A stretch of 28,896 nt of DNA from an uncultured Thermococci archaeon (GTDB taxonomy: Archaea; CAYQAE01; CAYVLA01), in NCBI GenBank assembly GCA_964549615.1, contig CAZJVP010000086.1, forward strand, positions 1 through 28,896, written 5' to 3'. Positions within the stretch are counted from its first letter, which is position 1, and every line of letters starts with the position of its first letter. The notes beneath the pieces are model-generated. The model saw nothing but the letters and a program-made list of their open reading frames with translations. It was not told the DNA's origin and searched no databases. Of this stretch, positions 27,841 through 28,896 are shown piece by piece. The position numbers and the translations under genes are program-made.

Positions 27841-27906
27841 GTACGTATTTAGCTGGCCTAAGGCCTCCGATGGGATGCGGAGACCTAGGTGCTAGTCTGG
27901 CGCTCT

Positions 27907-28020
27907 GACCTTGGGTCTGGACCTCGGTCTGGACTTCGGTTTCGACCTGGACTCGAACGCGGATTTGAACCCGGACTTGAACCCGGACTTGGACCGGGAC
28001 TTGGACTGAACCTGGACTCG
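27907..28020 (+). repeat. Degenerate hexamer tandem array (about 19 units, consensus GGACYT; 12-bp superperiod GGACTTGAACCC)
   Basis: Units read directly: gggtct ggacct cggtct ggactt cggttt cgacct ggactc gaacgc ggattt gaaccc ggactt gaaccc ggactt ggaccg ggactt... Confidence 0.85.
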
Positions 28021-28097
28021 CTGGTTGCATAGTCGCTTCGTTGAAACCCGCCTCCGCCCGCCCCAGCCTCCCATCCACATCCAGAACGAGAGCTTCA

Positions 28098-28122
28098 TGT
28101 GTAGCTACATTATAGCTACACA
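28098..28122. promoter_or_regulatory. Perfect 10-bp inverted repeat (TGTGTAGCTA-catta-TAGCTACACA) just before the DUF2080 start
   Basis: The repeat is read directly; its role as an operator is inferred. Confidence 0.6.
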
Positions 28123-28123
28123 C

Positions 28124-28282
28124 ATGCCCGCGAAGAAGATCGCTGAACGCCCCATCAGGATAGAGATGCTAGGCTACGAGGTAGTCGAAAAAGTGGCCAT
28201 GACGAGCGGGAACTCCAGCAGGATATACCTCCCCGTAGACTGGAAGGGAAAGCGCGTCAGAGCTGTCAGAGTTGACTCCTGA
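28124..28282 (+). CDS. DUF2080-family transposase-associated small protein (52 aa)
   Basis: MPAKKIAERPIRIEMLGYEVVEKVAMTSGNSSRIYLPVDWKGKRVRAVRVD shows the GYEV.EK....GNS..IYLP..W.GKRV signature. Confidence 0.85.
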   Translation: MPAKKIAERPIRIEMLGYEVVEKVAMTSGNSSRIYLPVDWKGKRVRAVRVDS

Positions 28283-28896
28283 GTGATTCCTGAGACCCTC
28301 AACACACCGTACGCAGTCTATCCATATCCGCCCTTCGAATCTCGATCCGGATTTGAAGCAAACACAAAACACACCGTCAACGCGATCGACCTGATCGATC
28401 TGATCGACCGGACCGACCAGATCGACCGAGCTGGCATGATCCCTGGCTTGTGCCGGAGCCAGAACTGTCCGATCTGGCACCAGAACCAGAGCTTGCAGGA
28501 GAAGAACACAAAGCTGGAACAAATGATCGCCCAGCTTGAAGCACAGAACAAGATCCTCGCACACCGCCTGGCCCACCACGAAAACATCCGCAAGCCCAAG
28601 CTGCTGAAGAGGCTTCGCAGAAGAAGCCAGATGACCACAACCAGGTTCCCGGGCAGACCCAAAGGATACCCCGGGACAACCCGCCCCAGACCAGAACCCC
28701 AGACCATCGTCAAGGCCGACACACTGACAGAATGCCCCCAGTGCGGGACAGGCCTCGACCAACCCTTCCTAACCAGGCACAGAATCGTAGAAGAACTGCC
28801 CGAGACAGAGCCTGTGAAGGTTGTGGATTATCATGAGGATCACTACCTCTGTACAGGGTGCAGCTGCAGGATCGTTTCAAGACATCCGGACTGTCC
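28283..28896 (+). CDS. tnpC: IS66 transposase TnpC, N-terminal part (partial); start at GTG 28283 or ATG 28436
   Basis: Translated by hand: coiled coil LQEKNTKLEQMIAQLEAQNKILAHRL, PGRPKGYPG, zinc ribbon CPQCG...RIVEELP...YLCTGC. Confidence 0.82.
   Translation, partial: MIPETLNTPYAVYPYPPFESRSGFEANTKHTVNAIDLIDLIDRTDQIDRAGMIPGLCRSQNCPIWHQNQSLQEKNTKLEQMIAQLEAQNKILAHRLAHHENIRKPKLLKRLRRRSQMTTTRFPGRPKGYPGTTRPRPEPQTIVKADTLTECPQCGTGLDQPFLTRHRIVEELPETEPVKVVDYHEDHYLCTGCSCRIVSRHPDC
28384..28428 (+). repeat. Five degenerate 9-bp tandem units (GATCGAYCN)
   Basis: gatcgacct gatcgatct gatcgaccg gaccgacca gatcgaccg; in the tnpC frame it reads IDLIDLIDRTDQIDR. Confidence 0.85.

Larger units (their letters stand above)
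27841..28896 (+). mobile_element. IS66-family element (left part), runs off the window
   Basis: Starts GTACGTATTTAGC, similar to the GTA(A)-type IS66 termini, at the point where the ISH6-like transposase breaks. Contains DUF2080 and TnpC-like ORFs. Confidence 0.7.

Noticed and set aside
27907-28020. Repeat array as a CRISPR
   Set aside because: Contiguous 6-bp units with no spacers.
27812-28123. Minus-strand ORFs 27812-28123 and 27892-28098 as real genes
   Set aside because: Open frames are expected across a stop-free hexamer array, and one crosses the putative IS end. A shared FESRS pentapeptide with the TnpC linker was noticed but is too short to support.
28169-28762. Minus-strand ORFs opposite tnpC
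   Set aside because: Shadows of the C/A-rich transposase coding strand.

Overview
GC-rich archaeal chromosomal segment. The archaeal call rests on trm1, an MJ0144-type Dus-like gene, an nfeD/stomatin pair, a DUF2080 gene, TATA-like boxes about 23-48 nt before many starts and a GGAGGTGA Shine-Dalgarno site; the lineage cannot be fixed from this window. The window has four kinds of content. (i) Carbohydrate-use genes: partial uxuA, a large secreted GH-like protein, a PfkB kinase, a sugar-phosphate isomerase, a URO-D-like protein, a membrane-anchored (alpha/alpha)6-barrel protein, GH172/DUF2961 and GHL10. (ii) Housekeeping and envelope genes: an ABC-2 exporter, a Dna2-like nuclease-helicase, an aminotransferase, trm1, stomatin, nfeD, a Dus-like gene and a secreted rhodanese. 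(iii) An accessory patch at about 0.9-3.8 kb with a truncated WD40 gene and a coupled operon encoding a membrane-tethered HxlR-type wHTH protein plus a secreted Trp-rich partner, a ToxRS/TcpPH-like architecture. This operon is the best candidate for an undescribed system. (iv) A decayed vapBC pair and, at the right end, an ISH6-like element apparently interrupted by an IS66-like element. The IS66-like left arm carries a hexamer repeat array, a palindromic operator and a DUF2080 gene separated from the transposase frame by a single in-frame UGA. No CRISPR array, tRNA or rRNA was seen. All family calls come from motif recognition, not database searches.
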